From Polyangia bacterium (GTDB lineage Bacteria; Myxococcota_A; Polyangia; Palsa-1104; JAEUJZ01), in the NCBI GenBank assembly GCA_044228505.1, contig JBGAUT010000011.1:9094-73093 (forward strand): a DNA stretch of 64,000 bases, given 5' to 3'. This document shows positions 26,496 through 35,688 of this stretch, piece by piece. Positions within the stretch are counted from its first letter, which is position 1, and each line of letters begins with the position of its first letter. Made by a program: the position numbers and the translations under genes. The notes under the pieces are model-generated. The model was not told the origin of the DNA and did no database searches. It saw only the letters and a list, made by a program, of their open reading frames with translations.

Positions 26496-28103
26496 ATGTC
26501 ATCTTCACCCCCTGTAGGAAGTACCAACCACAGCCGTGGTCAGGAAACCCCGCCGGAGTCCCGCACCCAGTCTGGACTGGGACGCCTCCACTCAACACTG
26601 CCATGGCCGCAACGGGCGACGCGATTGCTAGGTGACTGGATGGGTATCACCATCTTGTTCTTCCTGTGGATTGCGATGCTGATCTTGGTTGCACACAACG
26701 TAATCATTCCACGGACTTGCGCGCAGAGATGGCCCCTGTGGGTACCGCTACTTGGCGGAATGAAGTCGATGTTGGCGGCGACTGCTCCATCGCGACCGGA
26801 GTGCATGAGTGCCGCGCTCTCAGACTCTGCGGGCTCTGTCTGGCTTTCCCCGGCCACGACAGCGACGGCTGGGTCGAGCGACTCGATGACCACGTACATC
26901 ATTCCGGAAGACGCACTCATCATTGCCACTGCGCTGTGGGCAGTAGCTGCGATGCCACTGCTTTTGTCTTTCGGGGCCGCTCTCATCTCTAGGTGGCAGC
27001 AGTCGCCACGAGCACGCCATCGCTTTCATGCGGAGCAAGAGCGAGCGGACGGTGACTGGAGCGAGCGCGAACGAAGCTGGAAACGCGATGCGGCGGACAA
27101 CATCTCGCGACTGTGGCTCATCGAGTCTCGCCACGCTGCACAAGCGCAGCACCGGATGATGCAGCACGCGTGTCTGTACGGCTTTGCGACTTCCGCGATT
27201 TTTGCCTGGGGACTGCTGGCCAACAACAACTCCTCTTTGGCTTGCCAAACTCGAATGATGGCGATTGCAGCCGCGAGCGCTGCCTTCACATCGTTTAGCG
27301 TAAGCTTTGGAAGACTCACGGTGCGGGCCTCGATTCGTGACACCAGTGCGCGAATGTTCGCCTACGCGCTGCGGGCACTCATCTTGTCGGTGGTCTCTGC
27401 GGTCCTGCTGCTGTCCGTGCTATGGCACCATGGGACTTCGGTAGCTGGGTCTGCATCAGACAACATCCTACTCCTCAAAGACTCCGCCGTCCTCGCCGCG
27501 CAACCGTTTAAAGGACCAACCAGCTACATGATGCTCGGGATGGTGGTCGCGCTCATCGGGGAAGGAGTTCTTAGCCAGCTTACGGCCCGTGCGGCTTCTG
27601 CGGTCAGTCTGCAAATGCTCCAGCGCGGCACCGATGGCACCAAGGAACTGGCGGCAATCGATGGGCTGACCGAGCAGGACCTCCTGCGCTTGGGAGAGGA
27701 AGGGATCGATTCGATCCATGCGTTGGCGCTGGCATCTACCGCTTCACTGTATTTTGGGACTCCCTACACTCTGCAACGTCTGTGTGACTGGCAGGATCAG
27801 GCTCTGCTCATTACCTATGTAGGCCTGGCGAAAGCCCAGATGTGTCGAGAGAAACTCATGGTACGGGGTGCGATCGATCTGCAGCGCAAAGCAGACTTCT
27901 TGATGTGCGAGTTAACCCACCCGGCCGTAGGAGACAAGGAAATCCAGAGCCGGGACAAAACCTTCGAGATCATCCGTAGCTCGCTAGGTTTTATCTCTGT
28001 CGAGCAAGCGCGTGAGTCACTGTTTCCGATGGCCAATGATGAGGTGATCCGCAGACTCCGCATCTATCATCGCGGCTCCGTTACCGAAGACCTCAGAGGG
28101 TAG
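26496..28103 (+). CDS. Integral membrane protein of unknown function with a C-terminal soluble domain
   Basis: Multiple hydrophobic helices span aa 60-330. The C-terminal ~200 aa are hydrophilic. The start is uncertain; the ORF track begins at 26430. Confidence 0.45.
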   Translation: MSSSPPVGSTNHSRGQETPPESRTQSGLGRLHSTLPWPQRATRLLGDWMGITILFFLWIAMLILVAHNVIIPRTCAQRWPLWVPLLGGMKSMLAATAPSRPECMSAALSDSAGSVWLSPATTATAGSSDSMTTYIIPEDALIIATALWAVAAMPLLLSFGAALISRWQQSPRARHRFHAEQERADGDWSERERSWKRDAADNISRLWLIESRHAAQAQHRMMQHACLYGFATSAIFAWGLLANNNSSLACQTRMMAIAAASAAFTSFSVSFGRLTVRASIRDTSARMFAYALRALILSVVSAVLLLSVLWHHGTSVAGSASDNILLLKDSAVLAAQPFKGPTSYMMLGMVVALIGEGVLSQLTARAASAVSLQMLQRGTDGTKELAAIDGLTEQDLLRLGEEGIDSIHALALASTASLYFGTPYTLQRLCDWQDQALLITYVGLAKAQMCREKLMVRGAIDLQRKADFLMCELTHPAVGDKEIQSRDKTFEIIRSSLGFISVEQARESLFPMANDEVIRRLRIYHRGSVTEDLRG

Positions 28104-28188
28104 AATCCACGCCGATCCGTACCTCCTTCCGTGATACGATTTATGGTGCATTCCCAACTTCGATCACCGAGAGCTCCGTAAAGAGGTC

Positions 28189-29370
28189 TTGTCGATGGGT
28201 GTAAGAAATCTGATCGCAACGGTTTCGATTGTCCACGATGACCCACACGTAGCCGCAAAAGAGGCTATTTTTGAGCTGACCGACCGACTGGGTCAGCCGC
28301 CCGCCATCGTGCTGCTGTTCTTTTCTGCCGAGTTTCCAGCCCAGGCGATTCGTGATGGAGTGTGGAGCGCGCTCGATCCAACCACGGTCGTTGTGGGTTG
28401 TTCCTCCTCTGCCGAGCTAGGACCGGATGGTGCGCTGATCCACTCGGTCACGGCGCTGGGAATGTGTCTGCCGGGATATCGTGCTCAAGCGCTGTCAGTT
28501 CCAGGAGGCCCTGACTCCTTTGCAATCGGACAGCAGCTCGTCGATTCCGTACAGAGCCCCAAACCCGATCTCCTACTACTGTTCCCGGATGTCCTGACGG
28601 TCAACGCCACCCGACTCCTGCTCGGAATCCAGTCACGGCTAGGTGCCAAGTTTCCGGTGCTGGGTGGGGCGGCTGCCGATATGGGAACGTTCAAGCAGGT
28701 CGAGCTGATTCACGGCAAAGAGATCCTGCGATCCGGAGTGGTGGCGCTTGCTTTGTTTGGTCCCGTGACCATCTCTGCTGCCGCATGTAGTGGTTACTCT
28801 CCGGTCTCTGTTCCGCTGCAAGCGACTCGGGTGGATAACGGCAATATCCTGCTCGAACTCGACGGTAAGCCTGCTCTGACTACCTATCTGGAACAGCTCG
28901 GCCCGCGCAAAAGCGAGATGCCCGGAGTCACCATTGAGTATCCGATAGGGGTTGTATCACGCATCAGCGGCAAGACCGAGGTACAGACCGAGCTGGTGCG
29001 TGCGGTGTTCGGAATCAATGAACAGAGAGAAGCGCTCATCTTGGGCGGAGACATTCCCGAGCGGGCGGAACTTTGCATTCTGAGTGCGACGCGCAACGAC
29101 GTACTCACTGGGACACAGACTGCCGTTCAAACCGCGCTCACGGGATCCGCCAACGCAGAACTTGCCCTGCTATTTAACTGCGTCTCGCGCAAGGTCATTC
29201 TCGGACCACGGTACAAAGAGGAGTATTCGGTGGTGGACTCTGTCTTACCGAAGTCTCTGCCTCGCATTGGCTTTTACACCTTTGGCGAGCTGTCTCCGGT
29301 GGCGGCGGTGACCCATCATCACGAGTCGACTTTTACCATTGCTTTGGTCCACTTCGGCACAGCCAAGTAG
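28189..29370 (+). CDS. FIST-domain signal-transduction protein (FIST_N + FIST_C)
   Basis: Typical FIST architecture with the C-terminal GFYTFGELSP...HHHESTFT signature. Confidence 0.7.
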   Translation: MSMGVRNLIATVSIVHDDPHVAAKEAIFELTDRLGQPPAIVLLFFSAEFPAQAIRDGVWSALDPTTVVVGCSSSAELGPDGALIHSVTALGMCLPGYRAQALSVPGGPDSFAIGQQLVDSVQSPKPDLLLLFPDVLTVNATRLLLGIQSRLGAKFPVLGGAAADMGTFKQVELIHGKEILRSGVVALALFGPVTISAAACSGYSPVSVPLQATRVDNGNILLELDGKPALTTYLEQLGPRKSEMPGVTIEYPIGVVSRISGKTEVQTELVRAVFGINEQREALILGGDIPERAELCILSATRNDVLTGTQTAVQTALTGSANAELALLFNCVSRKVILGPRYKEEYSVVDSVLPKSLPRIGFYTFGELSPVAAVTHHHESTFTIALVHFGTAK

Positions 29371-29383
29371 CGGAGTCCTAACG

Positions 29384-30118
29384 ATGCGCTGTGAGAGCTG
29401 TTGTTTAGAAGATCCCACAAGTGATGCGCTCGATCTGGACGCCTTTTGCCGCAAGCTGTCGGGTTGTACGGAGTGCCCTCTGCTCCGATTGGATGCACCG
29501 ATTCCGGCAAGCGTGCTCTCCAAACAGATTGAACGACTCAGGGAGTCCGCCAGACACAACCGCCAACAGCAGAATCGAATTCGCCAGCTCGAACATGCAC
29601 AAAGTGAGCTAGCGATGGAGATTCAGCGATCCGATGAGCGCGTTGCCAAGCTCGAACAGACCCAGAAGGCAACCGCCCAAGCCGCGGACGAGCAGTTCCA
29701 GGCCCAGATCACGATGCTGGCCCGTCAGCAAGCAGCGATTTTGGAACTGGCAACACCGATCATTCAGGTATGGGATGGAGTGCTCGTGCTGCCGCTGATC
29801 GGTCAGCTCGACGACAATCGGATGCAGTCGCTTACCGAAAACCTGCTGGCCGCGCTGCAGCAGAAGCAGGCTCGGTTTGCCGTACTCGATTTGACCGGTA
29901 TCTCGGACCTCAACGAGTCGTCGGCTCGACACCTGTACCGAGTGGCGTCGGCCGTACGCTTGCTGGGTGCGGAGGCACTTTTGTGTGGCATGCGCGCCCA
30001 GGTGGTTCGAATTGTAACCAGCCTCGGTGTCGATCTGGGGACACTATCGGTGACAAGAACGCTGCAGGATGCTCTACGCCGCTGCATTGCCAAGACACGA
30101 GAGACCCCGAGTGCATGA
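29384..30118 (+). CDS. Coiled-coil plus STAS-domain protein (anti-sigma-factor-antagonist/RsbR-like)
   Basis: A Gln-rich coiled coil is followed by a STAS fold (IIQVWDGVLVLPLIGQLDDNRMQ...FAVLDLTGISDLNESSARHLY...GAEALLCGMRAQV). It lies 14 bp downstream of the FIST gene. Confidence 0.6.
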   Translation: MRCESCCLEDPTSDALDLDAFCRKLSGCTECPLLRLDAPIPASVLSKQIERLRESARHNRQQQNRIRQLEHAQSELAMEIQRSDERVAKLEQTQKATAQAADEQFQAQITMLARQQAAILELATPIIQVWDGVLVLPLIGQLDDNRMQSLTENLLAALQQKQARFAVLDLTGISDLNESSARHLYRVASAVRLLGAEALLCGMRAQVVRIVTSLGVDLGTLSVTRTLQDALRRCIAKTRETPSA

Positions 30119-30161
30119 AGGCTGTGCGCAGACGGATGTCATCCTGGTATAACTGCAAGCT

Positions 30162-32783
30162 GTGCGCATGAGTCGCTGGATTTCGGTGTTGTCGCTGTCC
30201 GCGCTGCTCTGGACTCCTTCGGTCCAGGCATCGGATCTGTACGGTGGAGCCAGCGATCTTCCTGAAGAGCTACGCTCGCTGCTGTCGGCCAGTGAGCCCT
30301 CACGCCGACGCCAGGGGGTCGAGCGCCTGCAGTCGTTACCGGTACGCCTCGCGACTCCGTACCTGCTGCAGCGGCTTCAAGATGGTGACTCCGCAGTGCG
30401 GGCAAGAGCAGCTCAAGCTCTCGGTCCGACGGCCAACGTAGCGGCAGCAACTGCGCTGCTCGATGGAATGGGCGACTCGGACAGTACGGTTCGGGCGGCG
30501 TGTGCGGAGGCCTTGGGTCAGTACGGAGCGCTCCCGAAAACCGAGCAGCAGCGAGCGGTGAATCTGCTGGCCCGAGCGATGGGAGACAGTCAGTTCGAGG
30601 TCCGCCAGGAAGCCCTGCGCGCCGTCGAAAGGCTCCTCACAGCCCAGGTATTTCAGCTCTCCGATCTGCCGCTCCTGATCGGTCCCGTGCTGCTTAGAGC
30701 GGAAGACGAAAACGTCGGGGTCCGACGTGGGGCACTCGCCGTACTCGGTCGGCTCAGTCCACTCACGCTGCCGCCAGAGCTACGCAGTCGGGTGCTGCTC
30801 GCCCTACTCGGTCGGCTGTCGGATCCCGCTCGCGATGTTCGCGCCGAGTCGCTGCGGAGCTTGGGCCTGCTACGCGCTCAAAACGCGACCGCCGCGGCGC
30901 TCCGGTTGCTACGCGATCCGACCGAGGAGGTCCGCCGACAAGCGATGCTGTGCCTGGGTCGACTCGCCTCCGAAGCTGCAATTCCCCTGATGCGGGAAGC
31001 GCTAGAAACCGGCAACGAGGGGCAACGAATGGCAGCGGTACAAGCGCTCTCTCTGTATCTGCTGCCCGACAAGGCCTCATCGGTCTCGAAAGAAGTGTTG
31101 ACTCAAGCGACACAAACCATCTTGTCCAGCCTTGGGCAGTCCGCACTCCGTCCGCTGGTTGTTGAGTCGCTCCTTGCGGGCAGTGAACGCGTCGCTCCGA
31201 TTGTGCTGGCTGAGCTGGCCCGCCCCGCGCTCGGACTTCAGCAGCTCGCCATACTCGTCGAACTGCTGCGCGATCTGGGCCCGAAGCTGTCTCCCGAGCA
31301 GCGCGCTTTTGCGACCACAGAACTCAGTCGGGAGCTGTTCCGAAATCGACTTCCTCGCGAACAAGTTCTCGACGCACTCGCGGCAATCGGCGATCGCAGC
31401 ATCACGCCACTGCTGACCTCACTTTTGTTCGACAAAGATGTGGTGGTCCGACGACGCACGGTGCAGATCTTGCGCAAGCCACATCTGCTCGACCGACGGG
31501 CTCTCGACGCACTCACCACAGCCAGCGCCGACACCGATCCTCAGGTCCAGCGGCAGGCCCTGCTCGCGCTTGGAGATCTCGGCCTAGGACAGTCCAGGCT
31601 CGTTGAACTGCTAGACCCCACCGACCGCCCAACGCTCGCCGTAGCGGAGACCCGGGTGATCGCGGCCCAGGCCCTTGTGCAGCATGCCAAGCAAGGAGTC
31701 CTCGCGGATCCGGCGGTCACGATGCTGCTACGGTCCGTGCTGACTGTTGGTGTAGGGCTAACCGAGCAGCGAGTCCGACGCACGGCTGCGCAAGCGCTGA
31801 CGAGCTTTCTGTCGCCACGCCCGGAGCGACACGCACCGATCATCGCGGAGCTGTTGTCCGCACTGCGTAAGCCTCCCGATGGCGGGCCCCACCGTGAGGT
31901 GTTATTGCTGCTGTCGGGTATCTTGCGTGGACGAACCAGTGAGACCGTGCGCGAGCGCCTGTTGTCGTTGGCTCAGCTCTCTGCGGACCCGCAAAGCGTC
32001 GAGGGTCAATTCGCGGTCGACGCGCTCTCTGCGCTGCAGTCGTTTGTCGATCCGGCAGCGCAGAACCGACTCATCAAACTGCTGCAACACCGCGACCCGG
32101 TCCGTGTACAACGAGCAACCGGGGCGCTCGGCTGCTTGCTGGCGACAAATCCAACGGACGCGATCGTGACGGCGTTGCTCGGTCAGCTTCAGGATGGTTC
32201 GCTCGCTTCTCTCAGTGCCGCTGCCGAGGCCGCTTGGGCACTATCAAACTTGCCGCGCAATCACCCGGCGACCCAGCGCGTGGTCGAGCGGCTACGCCTA
32301 TTACTATCTATAAAGCGCGAGCCCTCGATCGAACTGACTGCGCTGCGTACCAACACCCTGGCAGCGCTGGCCAGGCTCGGGATTGCGGAACCTCGCGATG
32401 CCGAATGGCTGGAGGATGGCGATGCCGGGGTCCGTCGCAACGCTGCATTGCTGGTTGCATCGGTGGTGCCACGCTCGGGGGGAATCGAAGCACGGCTGCG
32501 CAACGTCGCCGCGCTAGATGAGGATCGGCAGGTCCGCAAAAATGCCGAGTCTGCGCTACAAGGACGCGGCCCGCTCGGTCTGTCGAATCGGAAGCACTGG
32601 CTGATCACCTACCAGACCGATTTCGACGGCAAGCTGCGCCCGATGCAGTCGTATGGGCTACTACTAGGCGACGGACTGACCCGGGTTGGCTTCACCGATC
32701 GAATGGGAACTGCCGTCGACGAGCTACTGCCTGATGGACCTTGCGAGGTCGAGCTCGTGCCGCCGTCCACGCCGCCACGCTGA
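30162..32783 (+). CDS. Secreted HEAT-repeat (PBS-lyase-type) protein, 873 aa
   Basis: Signal peptide. More than 15 repeats of the D..VR..A..ALG pattern characteristic of PBS lyase HEAT-like repeats. Confidence 0.7.
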   Translation: MRMSRWISVLSLSALLWTPSVQASDLYGGASDLPEELRSLLSASEPSRRRQGVERLQSLPVRLATPYLLQRLQDGDSAVRARAAQALGPTANVAAATALLDGMGDSDSTVRAACAEALGQYGALPKTEQQRAVNLLARAMGDSQFEVRQEALRAVERLLTAQVFQLSDLPLLIGPVLLRAEDENVGVRRGALAVLGRLSPLTLPPELRSRVLLALLGRLSDPARDVRAESLRSLGLLRAQNATAAALRLLRDPTEEVRRQAMLCLGRLASEAAIPLMREALETGNEGQRMAAVQALSLYLLPDKASSVSKEVLTQATQTILSSLGQSALRPLVVESLLAGSERVAPIVLAELARPALGLQQLAILVELLRDLGPKLSPEQRAFATTELSRELFRNRLPREQVLDALAAIGDRSITPLLTSLLFDKDVVVRRRTVQILRKPHLLDRRALDALTTASADTDPQVQRQALLALGDLGLGQSRLVELLDPTDRPTLAVAETRVIAAQALVQHAKQGVLADPAVTMLLRSVLTVGVGLTEQRVRRTAAQALTSFLSPRPERHAPIIAELLSALRKPPDGGPHREVLLLLSGILRGRTSETVRERLLSLAQLSADPQSVEGQFAVDALSALQSFVDPAAQNRLIKLLQHRDPVRVQRATGALGCLLATNPTDAIVTALLGQLQDGSLASLSAAAEAAWALSNLPRNHPATQRVVERLRLLLSIKREPSIELTALRTNTLAALARLGIAEPRDAEWLEDGDAGVRRNAALLVASVVPRSGGIEARLRNVAALDEDRQVRKNAESALQGRGPLGLSNRKHWLITYQTDFDGKLRPMQSYGLLLGDGLTRVGFTDRMGTAVDELLPDGPCEVELVPPSTPPR

Positions 32784-32795
32784 CTCGTCCCGCGC

Positions 32796-33677
32796 TCACG
32801 GCGCAATGAACTCAGTCCAATTCGGCACCGGCTGGGGCCAACATTCCGACGGAAGCTCCGCAGCCAACGTCAGCCGTTTACCGGTGCGCGGCTGGAACAG
32901 GTCAAGGGCTGTGGCATGGAGTGTCAGACGCTCAAATGGCGGCCCTCCGTACAGCGTGTCCCCGACGATGGGATGACCGGACGCCATCATATGTACCCGC
33001 ACTTGATGGGTCCGCCCGGTTTCCAGCCGCACAAGTACCAACGACTGCGCAAAAGGGGCAGTGCGCAAGGTGTCCAGACGCCAAAAATGACTCACCGCCG
33101 AATCGCCCAAAGTCGATGCCGTCGGATAGGCGCGCATCATCGGAGCCCCCTGCCCGGCCGACTTGCCGATCCGGAGATCAATCCGTCCACTTGCTGCCGG
33201 CACCCCAACCACTCGCGCCAAATAGCGACGCTCAATCCGACCTTCGACCAGCGCTTGACCGAGCCGGGCGCAGACCTCTGCCGAGCGCGCCAGCATCGTC
33301 AGTCCAGAGGTCTCGCCATCCAGTCGGTGCGGCAGCCACAACGGACCCGGCAACATCGTTAGCAGCGATGGACCCCCTCGGCGACCCGGTTGACACAACA
33401 GTCCAGCGGGCTTGTTTACGACCAGCAGATCGCGATCTTCGTAGACAACCTGCGGACTCGGAGTCGGCGACGCGGTTTCAGCGACAAACACGGTCACTTT
33501 CTGACCGGCAGACACCGTGTTGACGGTCGGTCCAGCCCGTCGACCATCGATCCAGACAGAGCCCTCCCGAACGGCGCGACGTGCTTCGGCATCGCTCACC
33601 CCAAGTCGTGCTCGTAGCAGCGCCAGCAGAGCCCGGGGGTCGGAAGCCGCAGCGGTAATAAGATGCTTTTTGGACAC
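32796..33677 (-). CDS. RluA-family pseudouridine synthase with S4-like N-terminus
   Basis: Catalytic HRLDGETSGL motif (HRLD) and RluA-family length and organisation. Confidence 0.8.
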   Translation of the reverse strand: MSKKHLITAAASDPRALLALLRARLGVSDAEARRAVREGSVWIDGRRAGPTVNTVSAGQKVTVFVAETASPTPSPQVVYEDRDLLVVNKPAGLLCQPGRRGGPSLLTMLPGPLWLPHRLDGETSGLTMLARSAEVCARLGQALVEGRIERRYLARVVGVPAASGRIDLRIGKSAGQGAPMMRAYPTASTLGDSAVSHFWRLDTLRTAPFAQSLVLVRLETGRTHQVRVHMMASGHPIVGDTLYGGPPFERLTLHATALDLFQPRTGKRLTLAAELPSECWPQPVPNWTEFIAP

Positions 33678-33740
33678 CTCTTATTGGCCCTTTCTGCCGG
33701 CTGCGCTTGCTTCGATTCAAGAAGCCCCAACCGCGTTCGC

Positions 33741-34670
33741 TCAGGCTGATTTGCGTAGCTCGGACAGAGAGACCGCGACCTCCCCGGCCACTCGAGCATT
33801 GTCGACGATGAGTGCACGATTGGCACGAACGCTCTGCAGACCCGTTTCGGTGGCGATACGACCGAGCAAAAACGGCGTCAGCGCTTTGCCTCCGACCTGC
33901 ATCGACTCGGCGGCTTGCAGAGCGGCTTGCATCGCTCGCTCTACCAACTCATTTGGTAACGCCTCGGACTCTGGAATCGGATTGCACAGCAGCACGCCCC
34001 GTCGCGGATGAATCGCAAAGTGCGACCGTAACGCCCGGGCCGCCGACTCTGCGCTATCGACGCGGTGGAGCAGCTTGAGCCCGCTCGACGGCGTATAAAA
34101 CGCGGGCAGGTCAGCCGTGCCATATCCAATCACCGGCACCCCCAGTGTCTCTAGGTATTCGAGAGTACGCGGCAGATCCAGAATCGCCTTGGCACCCGCC
34201 GACACCACCGCGACCGGCTCACTCGCCAGCGTGGTCAAATCGCAGGAAATGTCGAAGGCATCTCCCCGATGAACGCCACCGATTCCGCCCGTGGCCATCA
34301 CACTGATTCCAGCTCGTGCCGCCGCGACTACCGTTGCTGACACCGTGGTTGCCCCGTCCGCCCCGGAGGCTAGCAGGGGGCCCAGATCAGCCGCCGACGC
34401 TTTGAAGAATCCCTGCCCGTGAGCGATGCGCTCGATCTGCTCTCGGGAAAGACCAATACAGAGCCGTCCAGCGAGCACCGCGATCGTCGCTGGCACCGCC
34501 CCCGAACGTCGCACCGCTTGCTCTGCCTGGAGCGCGACCTCGATGTTGTCCGGCCAGGGTAGTCCATGCGCCAGCAGAGTCGATTCCAGTGCAACCACGG
34601 CTCGACCATCGGCCAGCGCCTTGTCGACCTCCGGCTGCACCGATAGATACGATTCGACACTGCCGCGCAT
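33741..34670 (-). CDS. psuG: Pseudouridine-5'-phosphate glycosidase (PsuG / IndA-like)
   Basis: VVALESTLLAHGLPWPDNIE...ATGGIGGVHRG...DISCDL matches the PsuG family. The probable ATG overlaps the hslO stop (ATGA). Confidence 0.7.
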   Translation of the reverse strand: MRGSVESYLSVQPEVDKALADGRAVVALESTLLAHGLPWPDNIEVALQAEQAVRRSGAVPATIAVLAGRLCIGLSREQIERIAHGQGFFKASAADLGPLLASGADGATTVSATVVAAARAGISVMATGGIGGVHRGDAFDISCDLTTLASEPVAVVSAGAKAILDLPRTLEYLETLGVPVIGYGTADLPAFYTPSSGLKLLHRVDSAESAARALRSHFAIHPRRGVLLCNPIPESEALPNELVERAMQAALQAAESMQVGGKALTPFLLGRIATETGLQSVRANRALIVDNARVAGEVAVSLSELRKSA

Positions 34671-35575
34671 CAGTTTTGGACCTTCTGCCTGCCGCGACGA
34701 ACCTCGGTCAGCTCTTCGACGGAAAATTGATAAACTGAGTTGCAAAAGTTGCAGGTGATCTCGGCTTTTCCCTCGGCAATCATCTCGTCGATATCGCCAT
34801 CCGCCAGAGTCCGCAGCATGGCCTCGATACGGCCTCGGTCACAGCGACATCGAAACTGGAGCTCACGATGGTCTTGGATCTCCAGCCCCTCGGCGTAAGA
34901 ACCGAGCAGAAGCTCCGCCAGTGCGCCCGGGGTCTGCGGTCCGCTCTGTAGCAAGTCGTACAGCTCGCCGCTCCGCAGCAGATGTTGCGCATTGCGCAGC
35001 ACCGTCTGGGTTTCCTCCGGAGAATCGGGCATCGCTTGGAGCAAAACCCCACCAGCCTGGACAATGTGACCGCCGCCGTCGAAGATCAGCTCCGTTCCAA
35101 GTGCCGACGGAATCTGCTCCGACTGCCGCAGGTAGGCTTCAATGTCCTCATCGATCTCGCTCGTGACCAGGCTGACCTGCCCTTGGAAACGTTCGGTTAG
35201 GCCGACATCCCGGACGACGTTGACGACGCCATCCCGACCGACCAAGTCAGCGAGTCGCTGGCGCCGATCCATTCGCTCGGCAGGACACGCCTCCGGCAGC
35301 AGTGGATACCCGCGCACCGAGCCATCGTCGTAGGCATCAACGGTGACCCCCCGCAGCGGACCGTCACCTTGGACTTGGATGGTCACCCGCTCTCCACCGC
35401 GTGTCAGCGTGGCGAGCAGGTAGCTGCCGAGGATGCCACGGCCCAGCGCACAAGCGGCAGCAGCACTGGCACGGTGACGCCGAGCGGCTTCCTGACAGAC
35501 GTTGGTGGCAATGGCCGAGACGACGCGGACGTGGAGTGTCCGATGGATGGCACGGATGAGCAGGTCAGACATGGC
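34670..35575 (-). CDS. hslO: Redox-regulated chaperone Hsp33
   Basis: Hsp33 N-domain plus a C-terminal zinc centre CRC...CNFC. The ORF track extends to 35629; the Met at 35575 is the likelier start. Confidence 0.8.
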   Translation of the reverse strand, partial: AMSDLLIRAIHRTLHVRVVSAIATNVCQEAARRHRASAAAACALGRGILGSYLLATLTRGGERVTIQVQGDGPLRGVTVDAYDDGSVRGYPLLPEACPAERMDRRQRLADLVGRDGVVNVVRDVGLTERFQGQVSLVTSEIDEDIEAYLRQSEQIPSALGTELIFDGGGHIVQAGGVLLQAMPDSPEETQTVLRNAQHLLRSGELYDLLQSGPQTPGALAELLLGSYAEGLEIQDHRELQFRCRCDRGRIEAMLRTLADGDIDEMIAEGKAEITCNFCNSVYQFSVEELTEVRRGRQKVQN

Positions 35576-35688
35576 GATGGATTTGAGAAAAAGGGCCCCA
35601 ACCCTAGCAACTTTTTCCGACCTGCGCACGAAACCTACCCAGCCCTACAAAAGATTTCAGGGCACCACACCGGACCCCAATCGAAAGG

